A program made the translations under genes and the position numbers. Below, piece by piece: positions 47,547 through 56,908 of a stretch of 59,719 nucleotides of DNA. Location: positions 1 to 59,719 of the IMG/VR virus record IMGVR_UViG_3300025000_000111; one strand, 5' to 3'. Source of the stretch: a virus (lineage: Duplodnaviria; Caudoviricetes). How positions within the stretch are numbered: position 1 is the stretch's first letter; each line of letters opens with the position of its first letter. Under the pieces are notes generated by a model. That model made no database searches. It worked only from the letters and a program-made list of their open reading frames with translations, and was not told the DNA's origin.

Positions 47547-48282
47547 TGTTTATATATTTTCCCACCATCCAACTTCTCCTAATACAAGTATCTACATACC
47601 GTTTACCCCACTTACTTATTAAATCAGGTAATGCTGTTTTAACGTGGTCTGCTCTTACTTTTTCCTTGTAGCTAACATTATTCTTGTGCTTGACCAAAAC
47701 ATTACAGGCTATCACATTTCTGAATCCAGCTTTAATGGATTTAAGGGAGTAGTCATCTTCACTACCGTAATGTGGAAACTTTTCTTGATCCATTAATCCA
47801 ATCTTATCTATCAGGTTCTTGCTGATGAAATAGCAGAAGCCATGAACAAACACAAGACCCATCGCCTGTCTGTTGTTGATGTTTTGTAAATAGGATTCAA
47901 CATTATTAACCGTTTGACTTAGTGCATTATCGCTAACTACACCAGCCACACCTATCTGCCTGTCAATATGCTTTTCTACTTTATCATACCAATCTGGTGT
48001 AACAACCTCAGCATCACTGTTTAACAGACATAACGACTTAAACTCATAGTTATCCAAAGCAAATTGGATTCCGTTGTTACAGGCTGTCGTGAAGCCGTAA
48101 GCCTTATCGCTACGTAGCACTATATGACCAGATTTATCTATGTAGTCAATGGTTGCCTTGTCTGTGCTACCATCATCCACTAAGATTATAACAGGGTCTG
48201 TTGTATGCTTTATAACTGACTCAACACATCTTTTCAGGTAGTCAACCTGATTATGTATTGGAATGATTATTATTTTACTCAT
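47536..48282 (-). CDS. Glycosyltransferase family 2
   Basis: IIIPIHN, VDDGST, GFTTACNNG, LLNSD, YGSEDDY. Confidence 0.92.
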   Translation of the reverse strand: MSKIIIIPIHNQVDYLKRCVESVIKHTTDPVIILVDDGSTDKATIDYIDKSGHIVLRSDKAYGFTTACNNGIQFALDNYEFKSLCLLNSDAEVVTPDWYDKVEKHIDRQIGVAGVVSDNALSQTVNNVESYLQNINNRQAMGLVFVHGFCYFISKNLIDKIGLMDQEKFPHYGSEDDYSLKSIKAGFRNVIACNVLVKHKNNVSYKEKVRADHVKTALPDLISKWGKRYVDTCIRRSWMVGKYINNGR

Positions 48283-49012
48283 AACTCTTATTCTGTCCTA
48301 TTTCCATCCCGTATTGCAGATGGTGAATGTTAAGTATTTTCAGTGCTATCATTTCTTTCACATCTTCATCCTTTAAGCCGGATATATTCACCCTGTTAGG
48401 ATGCCTTGATGATATTGCGCCAGCCCACACCCAAGACCATGCCGTTCTGCCTGTTGTGGCTATCACATCATATCCATCCATAGCTGCTTCTCTTGATCCA
48501 ATCACTTCAAAGTCCCAAGGACTCCAATCATGGTTCAGTTGTTTAAGCAGATAATCTTTACGCCATACGGAGAATTGTGTTGAAATTTTATACAGTGCGT
48601 CAGGCGCATACTTGTACACGTCAAACCCGTCACACTTTTCAATGACAGTTGGCGGTGTTATGTGGTATTGATGTCCTGCTCCAAGTTCAAACCTTCCTAT
48701 CCTATCGTTGGCTATCATCAGTTCTAAGCCTTTATTCAGTACTTCATAGTCAAATCCTGCTGTCGGGATGAAGTCATCCAGTCCGAAGATAACAAACTCA
48801 TCTTCAATTCCATGTATGTAACTATATAAATCTTTACACCAATTACCTATATGTAACTGTGTGTCTGATAGTGATATACATGGAAAGTTTATCTGTGGGA
48901 AGTGACTATAACCTAAAACGTCAATAGGCTCATCACAGTACTTATTATACTGATGTGCAAAGGCTTCAAGTATATAGCTTGTCTTATCTGATGTCGCTAT
49001 AATTATTCTCAT
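48275..49012 (-). CDS. Putative glycosyltransferase (GT-A-like)
   Basis: FVIFGLDDF DxD-like motif; STQFSVWRKDYL..L...SPWDFE. Confidence 0.6.
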   Translation of the reverse strand: MRIIIATSDKTSYILEAFAHQYNKYCDEPIDVLGYSHFPQINFPCISLSDTQLHIGNWCKDLYSYIHGIEDEFVIFGLDDFIPTAGFDYEVLNKGLELMIANDRIGRFELGAGHQYHITPPTVIEKCDGFDVYKYAPDALYKISTQFSVWRKDYLLKQLNHDWSPWDFEVIGSREAAMDGYDVIATTGRTAWSWVWAGAISSRHPNRVNISGLKDEDVKEMIALKILNIHHLQYGMEIGQNKSYE

Positions 49013-49839
49013 ATCATATCCATTATTTCGGTAATCGAGTACAGTGTTACTTCATTAGAGTATTTACCACCCTCAATTATCTTCTCGTGCATATTCTCAC
49101 CTTTCTGTAATCCGATAGTCTTGATTTTTAATTCACCAACTCCGTATTTTTGATGTGTTGCAGAAAGCAAATCACCCAGTTTCATTCCCTTCATTTCAGG
49201 ACAGAATGGTGTGCTATCTTTAGCTTCTTTCATACACTTGAATATCAGGTCAATAGCCTGTTCAACAGTCCAATAGAATCTGGTTGCTTCCGTATCTGTG
49301 ACGATAACTTCTTTCCCCTGTTTCATCAGGTCAATCCATTTAGTCAAGACACTGCCAGTTGAATACAGGACATTACCGTAACGGACAATTCTATACTCCG
49401 TATCTGGATTAATCTGTTCAAACTGTTTAAACATAGTCTCCATCAACATCTTGGATGCACCATACACACCGTTAACCTGCGCGGCTTTATCTGTGGATAT
49501 TCCTAATATAAACTTGATGTTACTTGATAATGTCTCTTCCAGTAAATTTAATGATCCTATGGTATTGCTTCTGATACATTCAACCGACTGTGTTTCAGCC
49601 ATTCCAACATGCTTAAAGGCTGCAAGGTGGAAGATACCGTCAACTCCGAAACAAGCCTGATGACAGGAAAACCTATCAGCAATATCACCCGTAAGTATCT
49701 CTATATCAGGAAACTTCTGTTTTAGTTTCACTAAGTTACCTTCATTGCGTGACATCACTCGTATATCACAAGTTCCGTACAGCCGTTTAATTAAATGTTC
49801 ACCAAAGAATCCACTTCCTCCTGTTATTAAATACTTCAT
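49009..49839 (-). CDS. UDP-sugar 4,6-dehydratase, PseB/FlaA1/CapD-like SDR
   Basis: ITGGSGFFG, FHLAAFKHV, ISTDKA, YGASK, VRYGNV..STGSV, TRF, GENMHE. Confidence 0.9.
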   Translation of the reverse strand: MKYLITGGSGFFGEHLIKRLYGTCDIRVMSRNEGNLVKLKQKFPDIEILTGDIADRFSCHQACFGVDGIFHLAAFKHVGMAETQSVECIRSNTIGSLNLLEETLSSNIKFILGISTDKAAQVNGVYGASKMLMETMFKQFEQINPDTEYRIVRYGNVLYSTGSVLTKWIDLMKQGKEVIVTDTEATRFYWTVEQAIDLIFKCMKEAKDSTPFCPEMKGMKLGDLLSATHQKYGVGELKIKTIGLQKGENMHEKIIEGGKYSNEVTLYSITEIMDMI

Positions 49840-50558
49840 CCTAATTTCTTTCTTGTATATGGTTGAAACTTACTAAATCCTTGCCACTTCATATTATCCC
49901 TACTCATCCTACCGCAATAAGGGTCTAAGGCACTACCTATATCAATGAGGAATGAATCTTGTCCGATAATAGGGAACAACTCGTCAATCAATATCTTAGT
50001 GGTATATCCAGTACTAAACAGGAACATTCGGCTTCCGGCTGCATACTGTTCCAGTATAACCTGTTTAATCCAATCAAACACCAAGAATGAATCCTTGTCT
50101 GGTGTTTCTATATGGATAATGTCTTTCATTCCGTCAAGTGCGATAACGTGTTGTAAATGGCTTCCACCAACAAACACAGGCACATAACAGGATACAGCCT
50201 CAGCAAACTCCTTTATCCTGCCGTTGAATGACAGGTCTTGCCACACTTCACCGTTATAGAAGTCCATATCGGGACAGACCTCGTTCAGAAACTGTTTAAA
50301 CCACTCTACATCCTGTTTAAATGCTGGTTCAAAGGTACAATCCAGTAAACAATGATAGTAGTGGTGTTTGTTCCTGAATACATTCTTCATTGGCTCTACC
50401 AGTTGAGGTAGGAACGTACTTCCATCACAATTTTCTGATAGTGTAGAATGGTTCGACATACAAAGCACTTCACCGTCTCCGAAGCGGCTGAAACTGAACG
50501 GCTTATTGTCTTTGATTAATTGCAGATAATGGTCTGCTGGTAAGTTAATTATTTCCAT
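49836..50558 (-). CDS. GT-D-fold-like (DUF1792-like) glycosyltransferase (start corrected to 50558)
   Basis: SFSRFGDGE and IDIGSALD motifs. Confidence 0.65.
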   Translation of the reverse strand: MEIINLPADHYLQLIKDNKPFSFSRFGDGEVLCMSNHSTLSENCDGSTFLPQLVEPMKNVFRNKHHYYHCLLDCTFEPAFKQDVEWFKQFLNEVCPDMDFYNGEVWQDLSFNGRIKEFAEAVSCYVPVFVGGSHLQHVIALDGMKDIIHIETPDKDSFLVFDWIKQVILEQYAAGSRMFLFSTGYTTKILIDELFPIIGQDSFLIDIGSALDPYCGRMSRDNMKWQGFSKFQPYTRKKLG

Positions 50559-50576
50559 ATATCCCTTGTTAATAGC

Positions 50577-50655
50577 CAAAAATAGGTAATAACCAGAAAT
50601 ATAAAAATAATTATAGGTTTTTACTTGACAAATCCAGTACAATTTCTTATATTTG
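50577..50655. promoter_or_regulatory. Divergent promoter pair 6 (class II minus 50577-50611; class I plus 50625-50655)
   Basis: Both motifs back to back. Confidence 0.85.
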
Positions 50656-50675
50656 CACAATAAATACAATGAATT

Positions 50676-51011
50676 ATGCATAAAGCAAGAAGAATTGGTA
50701 GTGGTGAATGGGTTAAGGGGTATTTATTTCAATCAGAAAAAGAAAGTTGGATTACAGATTCAATAAACATTAATCTTTCAACTCATAGAAACTTTGCTTG
50801 GTGGCAAGTCATTCCAGAAACAGTCTGCCGACCAACATATCTAACAGATAAACTTAGTATAGATATTTACGAACACGATATCCTTGATGACGGCAGTGAA
50901 GTACTATGGGAAGATGGTGGGTTTGTTGTATATCCGCCTTACAAACAGGTATCAAACAGGTTCAATCAGGCAAGAGCATCAAGACAGGAAGTTGTTGGTA
51001 ATAGCAGATAA
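50676..51011 (+). CDS. YopX-like protein (island 6)
   Basis: KA.R..GEWVKG.L...VIPETV...TDK...IYEHDIL...EVVGN. Confidence 0.8.
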   Translation: MHKARRIGSGEWVKGYLFQSEKESWITDSININLSTHRNFAWWQVIPETVCRPTYLTDKLSIDIYEHDILDDGSEVLWEDGGFVVYPPYKQVSNRFNQARASRQEVVGNSR

Positions 51012-51872
51012 CACATTGTCAGCCACTGTTTTAATGGTATATGGCTGTACAATATTCTCCATTCTTTCCTGATATATTGGCGCAATCATGTCGTAATTAT
51101 CTATCATAGCCTCAATATGCTCTGTGCCAATGGTTACGTTATACCTATCGTAGAACAGTTCACCTATTGCCCCATCCAAGATTATAGCTGGACAACCACA
51201 CAAAGTACTCTCAATCGGAGTCAGGTTCAGTCCTTCTGAGGTACTTGGCATTAAATAGCACTTACATTGATTAAACACCTCATTAATCTGGCTTCTATTG
51301 GCATTATAGTACGATTTAACCATACTTTTTGGTTTTAACGGGTGTTTCTGCCCGAAAATCACCGTACCTTCTATAACACCATCATTATATAGGTTGTCAG
51401 CAGTTCTGGCAGCAAAGGCATATTGCTTGGATGGCATATCGTGAGCCATAATCGCCAGATATCTTTTTCTATCTCTGTTTTCATTCTTTAATCCTGTTGT
51501 GTTTATATCAAATCCTACTCTTATCGGGTTTCCACCGTTTTTTCTGATGGAATCTTCTATCTTTTTAGTGCTACACATCACTTTCCAACCTGTTTTTAGG
51601 GCATTCCTGCGTTCCTGTGCAATACTCATACCATAACTTAACATCATCACCGCATCTGTCTTAGGATGAACAAATGGATTGTCTGAATAAGTTATCCAGT
51701 GGTCAAAGTTGACAGGCGGTGTGCCTACCGTGTATCTACAAGTAGTTACAGGTTTATGTCCTGTCAGCCGTTGGAAATGCAGATCAGCACCCATTTGTTC
51801 AGCCAGACGGACAGTAGCCATCACACCACCACAAATACTACTGAAAAACGGGAGTTCAAAGACTATTTTCAT
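50979..51872 (-). CDS. Glycosyltransferase, GT-B/GT4-like (start corrected to 51872)
   Basis: CGGV N-terminal loop; PSTSEGLNLTPIESTLCGCP (EX7E). Confidence 0.85.
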   Translation of the reverse strand: MKIVFELPFFSSICGGVMATVRLAEQMGADLHFQRLTGHKPVTTCRYTVGTPPVNFDHWITYSDNPFVHPKTDAVMMLSYGMSIAQERRNALKTGWKVMCSTKKIEDSIRKNGGNPIRVGFDINTTGLKNENRDRKRYLAIMAHDMPSKQYAFAARTADNLYNDGVIEGTVIFGQKHPLKPKSMVKSYYNANRSQINEVFNQCKCYLMPSTSEGLNLTPIESTLCGCPAIILDGAIGELFYDRYNVTIGTEHIEAMIDNYDMIAPIYQERMENIVQPYTIKTVADNVLSAITNNFLS

Positions 51873-51884
51873 AGTTTTTTTATG

Positions 51885-51963
51885 TAAAAATACATTATTT
51901 TCAGTTATTTTTAAATTATTATTCATTTTTACTTGACAAATCCGAAATAAGGTTGTACATTTG
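51885..51963. promoter_or_regulatory. Divergent promoter pair 7 (degenerate class II minus 51885-51919; class I plus 51933-51963)
   Basis: Class I exact, class II weaker. Confidence 0.7.
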
Positions 51964-51976
51964 TAGAAAAAAAGAT

Positions 51977-53403
51977 ATGGTAACACGAGTAGATGAAAAC
52001 ATACAAAAAGCAAAGGAATACTTAAATAGTGCCTATTGTGAGTTATTAACAGTTATTGATCCAAGTACAAATGGACAGGATTATCTTAACAAAGATTATG
52101 TTAATGATGTATATGAAATTATTGGTCAATTATTAAAAATACAAGGCAGGTTATGAAAGAAAAATTAGGACAAGAATCAGCATTTCCTGAACCATTTTTA
52201 AATGATCCCCATCTTTCTCTTAGTTGTGAGAAAGGAATGAATAAACGCTTTTATGCAGCTTGTGCGGCGATGCGGGGAATTTTAGCTTCTGGAATTAAAA
52301 TTGATGGAAGTAATCCCAGACCATGTAATACAGCATATGCAGCTTATAATTTTGCAGACGAACTTTTAAGACAGGAAAATGAAAACTAATCTCATAAAAC
52401 TCAGGCTTATTGACAGGATGGTTGTGAGCATTGATAATTTTTATTCAATAACCATCAGTGAATACGATATTAAACTACAAGGAGGGTATGATTCAAAAAT
52501 TACCCTAAAACTGAATAAGTTGTTCCATTTTACTATTGACAGTAATGGATATATGTCAGGTACGAAAGGAAATGTTAATATTACACTAACTTAAACTATT
52601 ATGAAACTAACAATTGAACACTTAGCGCCTTATTTGCCTTATGGATTGAAGGTAATTGTTGAGTATTACGGTATTGAAACAATGATTGGATTAAATAAAG
52701 GTTGTATTATTACCGATGTTGATGATTGTGATTTTATTGGAATTAAACCAATACTTAGAAATCTTTCAGACCTTACAAAAAAGATTGAAGTCAATGGTGA
52801 AAAGTTTGTGCCAATTAATCATCTTTTAGATATTCATTCGAAATGTAATTGGAGTGCATCTGACTATTTAGTTATATCAAATGGAGTTGGAGAATGGTGG
52901 ACATCTATAAAAGGCGGATATTCAATATTTGGGTATAATGAAAAAAATGGATTTTATCAAGTTACTCAAAACGGAGTATTTAATATTGTGAAAAATCAAA
53001 TTAAATTATATCAAAAACTCTTTTCATGGCACTTCGATGTATTCAACCTCATTGAAAACGGATTAGCAATTGATATTAACACAATTAAGATATGAAAAAG
53101 CTACTAATCATCATCCTACTATTGTCAGGATGTAAAAAAGAACAGCCAATACCTGTAGTGTACTCTATGGATGTCACCTGTCTAATCTGTGTTGTTGGTA
53201 TAACCATTAACGACAGCATCTATCCAGACGAAACCGTTACTTGGGATAAACACTTCGTATTCAATACAAAGACAGGTGATACTATTGATATATCGGTTGT
53301 TGGGGAAAAACCTAAGCAAGTTGACCTGTTTATAGATGGTGTACTGTTTGAAACAACAGGGGTTACTAAGGAGAATTACTTTAAAATAATTATAGCGGAG
53401 TAA
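51977..53403 (+). other. Plus-strand gene run: ~51977-52156, 52153-52389, 52379-52594, 52601-53095, lipoprotein 53092-53403
   Basis: Coupled ORFs; LLLSGC lipobox in the last. Confidence 0.7.
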
Positions 53404-53444
53404 TCATTGATATTATTTTTCGGGTGTGGTATTTGGTATATTTG

Positions 53445-53529
53445 TATCAGTATCAGAGTCGCACCTGAATTAAGAATTTAAACAGGGAGAGTAGGGTAGT
53501 GCGACACCCGAAATTCCTGTTTTTTTATT
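53445..53529 (+). ncRNA. Pseudoknotted leader of DUF559 nuclease gene
   Basis: AAACAGGGA/TTCCTGTTT and GGGT/ACCC stems; loop GTGCGAC complementary to 5' GTCGCAC; class II-like promoter at 53412-53444. Confidence 0.55.
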
Positions 53530-54303
53530 ATGAAGAAAAGAACAAAAATTACTCTTGCAGAACAATTTAGAAAAGAGGCCTTGGAACATCCAACACCATC
53601 AGAGTTAATCGCAAAAGAACTGCTTATTAAGGCTGGTGTAAATTTCAATCGTGAGCATATATTTTATCATGATGGTGGTAAGTCTTTCCGTGTTGATTTC
53701 TTTCTACCAAGACATAATGTTGTGATAGAAATTGATGGTGGATACCACGATACCGTAAGTCAAAAAAGACAGGATAAAAAAAGAGAAGATATTTTAATTA
53801 ACCAAAACGGTGTAAAAAAAATACTGAGATTCACTAACGATGAAATGCTGAATCCAAAACAATTCCTTGAAAAAGTTTCTGAGTATGCTACATCTATACC
53901 CATTCCTATATCAAGTAAGAAAATAGATTGGGAAGTAGTAACCAAGCAAATAAAGGATGAGGGTAGAACAAGCCTGTACTTCGCTAAAATGAAAGGTATC
54001 CTAACGTTATCCAAGATTAAATTCAAACACAAGCACGAGTTTATAAAAGATGACAAGCCAATTATAGCCGACTTCTACATACCTGAATATGGACTTGTTA
54101 TTGAGATAGATGATAATAAAGACAAGAACATCACTACCAGTAGTAAAATACGAACAGAAATGCTTAAACGCATTAACGGTGTAAAAGTGGTAAAACGGTT
54201 CAATAGCAAAACAATGATAGATACCATAGCAGTGGAAAGAACAATCAAAGAAATAATTAGAAACATCAAAAACGGAGACACTTATTCATATAAACTCAAC
54301 TAA
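53530..54303 (+). CDS. Tandem DUF559/Vsr-like endonuclease
   Basis: Two copies: FRVDFFLP..VVIEIDGGYH and IADFYIPEYGLVIEIDD. Confidence 0.8.
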   Translation: MKKRTKITLAEQFRKEALEHPTPSELIAKELLIKAGVNFNREHIFYHDGGKSFRVDFFLPRHNVVIEIDGGYHDTVSQKRQDKKREDILINQNGVKKILRFTNDEMLNPKQFLEKVSEYATSIPIPISSKKIDWEVVTKQIKDEGRTSLYFAKMKGILTLSKIKFKHKHEFIKDDKPIIADFYIPEYGLVIEIDDNKDKNITTSSKIRTEMLKRINGVKVVKRFNSKTMIDTIAVERTIKEIIRNIKNGDTYSYKLN

Positions 54304-54751
54304 ATCATTATTGATTATTTTTTTTTACCGATTTTTGTATTATTTTAGCTAAATGGAATTGTCAGGATATACAAGTAACCTTTATAAATAAATGTGATGA
54401 TTTTAGGATAAAATTTTTTTTCTAAATTTTAGCCGCCAAAACTTAAACTAACTACAAACTTTGAAAAAACATATCCCAGTATCAGACTTAATGCTTACTG
54501 CTAAATACAGATGGTATATCAAGGATATATACAGTATCTACCAGTTAAAGCATATTAGGAATGCTAAGAATGTTAATCCTGCTGTAAAGAAGGCTATAAA
54601 GATTAAAATAGCTGAACTGTCTGGTAAACCACTTAGACCAAGGAAATCCAGGTTAATATGGTAAAATAGGTTAAGGATAACTATGTTCAGTTGTGAACAG
54701 GTTAAATTAACCAACAGAAAAGCCCGTAAATTACAGGCCTATAGACTCTGG

Positions 54752-55042
54752 CTATTTCTGATATTGTTTATGGCTTCTTGCTGGCTTTACCTTAGTCATC
54801 CCATCGGTTACCTTATAACTACTTTGAGGGCTGTTAAATGGCTCTAAACAACCTTCCTCCAATTCACCCTCATCATACAGCCATTCAAACTCATCTAATA
54901 TGGCATCTGTTAGTAACACGGCTACCCTACCGGATATACCGTTAACACCTGTATCTACTATGATTCCTTCACATCCAACTGACTGGATAGGTGCTTTGCA
55001 AATATGGTTACTGATTACAACAACCTGATCTCCTACTTTCAT
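54752..55042 (-). CDS. Hypothetical SH3/KOW-like protein
   Basis: MKVGDQVVV; class I promoter at 55054-55084. Confidence 0.6.
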   Translation of the reverse strand: MKVGDQVVVISNHICKAPIQSVGCEGIIVDTGVNGISGRVAVLLTDAILDEFEWLYDEGELEEGCLEPFNSPQSSYKVTDGMTKVKPARSHKQYQK

Positions 55043-55673
55043 AACTTTTCTTACAAAGATAATACATATTTTACCAGATGTCAATAGGTCAAATAAAGAT
55101 AATTTGGTTAATCCTGATTATCAAGCAGTTATATATATTGGAAAATGGGGGAAAAATTTCAGGTGATTACCCCACCCCTCCTTCATCCTCCAAATTTCTG
55201 GTACACCCCTATCTTTCTGATTATCAATTAGTTAACTGTATATGACTGTGTATCAATGGGTTATAGTTAGGTAACAATGTAAACCACTGTAAATATGTAT
55301 CATTACAGGAATCTGTCCAAATTTGGGAAACAGTGTATAGGTGGGGAGACCCTTCCCAATATTAGAACATTGTACCTTCTTTCCCAGAATAAAACACCGT
55401 CTTATTTACGGAAAGCAGAATAATATTCTATATCTGGGAAACTGGTTACTGTCATGTTGTCACAGTCAAACTGTCATACCTTTATTACGCAATATAAACA
55501 CGTTTAAAGATAGGCAAAAGGTTAGTTATATCTTAGTACTACTTTGCACCTGATCGTATAATATAGCTACCTTGTAGTGATATCAAATGATACAAAGGTA
55601 TAAATGTAAATAACTTTAATTTAAGTAATGAAGTACCATAATAACTAAATAAAGGTAGGTAACAATAGGCAAT

Positions 55674-55705
55674 AAAAAAAACCCTTGTAAATTAATACAA
55701 AGGTT
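55674..55705 (-). terminator. Terminator after 55731-56084
   Basis: AACCTTTGTA/TACAAGGGTT stem plus T-run. Confidence 0.75.
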
Positions 55706-55730
55706 TTAATGTGATTAAATAGGGTAGTTA

Positions 55731-56303
55731 TTAATCTGGTATTTTACTCGTTTCAGTCAGATTAATGAAGTACTCATCATTGTATCCAATCTGTTCGCCC
55801 ACAAAGTTAAGCGGATAGATTAACCCCGTTTCGCTATTATCGGAACTTTTAAAGGATATACAATTTTGAGATAATAACACGCAATAGGTTTTAAACATGC
55901 AAACTAACATACTTTTGTCATATGCATTAATTACGGCCACAATGGTACGTTCTTTTTTGCCGTTAAACATACCTTTGTCAATCCGGTAGTAAATAGGCTT
56001 AACTACTTCCAAAGTAAGTTTTTTTTTTTTTTTTGGCTCAATGTTTCCTACATTCAAACCAATGTTTAATACATATTGTTTCATAATAATTTGTTTTAAA
56101 TTGTCTTAATTGTTTTAATACGTTGGCAATATTGCTGAAATTGTACGCTCTGTAAAACCCGCAAAAACCGGATATATTTGGCGGGCTTGTTTCATCGCCT
56201 CAATTGATGATGGTTTATCTAAATTGATAATAGTTGAAACCTGTTCGTTTCTTTCATTCTTTGCGGTGCAATAAAATGGATAATTTTTAAATCTGTTTTT
56301 CAT
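55731..56303 (-). other. Early ORFs 55731-56084 and 56115-56303
   Basis: LNIGLN...E.T.V...LSQNCI family; A16 run in the first. Confidence 0.6.
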
Positions 56304-56851
56304 GGTTTAAATGTTTATAGGATTAATTAAAGGTAAAATGTTAATTTTTTCGTGCTTATACTTTATACACATTGAACCGATACAATCATCTAATTCAGAT
56401 AGTGTAATTTTTTTAAGGTCATATAAATATATAAGACCATTACAAACACTAATTAAAGTTTTTAAGTTTTCCATTTTTTTACTTATTTAATTGATTATCA
56501 ATGTTTTAACTACTTTTTAGCCTATTTTTTGTCGTTTGGCATTGGGTAAAATTACTACTTTTTTTTACTTGTCAAGAATTATTTTTAACCAAAACAACTA
56601 ATTAACTACAAATCAATTAATTAAGTATAGTAATTTATAATCATTCTTAATAGTGTACTTGTTTCGCTTATCTGATAGTAAAGTATTATAACCTTTGCCA
56701 ATGAATAAAGAGAGCAAAATAATGAATGAACAACACCACAACAGACTATTTTCCCAATATGAGACTTTTCCCAATCTGGGAAATAGCAAAAGTTACATTA
56801 TTCCGGCTACTTATGCAATTTATTCCATATAAACTCAGGGCAAAAATAAAT

Positions 56852-56882
56852 TTGACAAATTATAAAATTGAATGTACATTTG
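56852..56882 (+). promoter_or_regulatory. Class I promoter TTGACA-N17-TACATTTG
   Basis: Consensus match. Confidence 0.85.
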
Positions 56883-56908
56883 TGAAATAATTAAAACAAA
56901 TTGAAAAA

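Larger units (their letters stand above)
55119..56782. promoter_or_regulatory. Control/end region with five IHF-consensus sites and five TTCCCA-N3-TGGGAA-like palindromes
   Basis: WATCAANNNNTTR at 55119, 55222, 55251, 56496, 56611; palindromes at 55315, 55353, 55426, 56751, 56768. Confidence 0.6.

Noticed and set aside
36973..52013. Long N-terminal extensions in the ORF track (37836, 50681, 52013; also 1417, 2153, 12596, 15784, 16718, 55084)
   Set aside because: They run through promoter motifs or leader RNAs; downstream ATGs fit better
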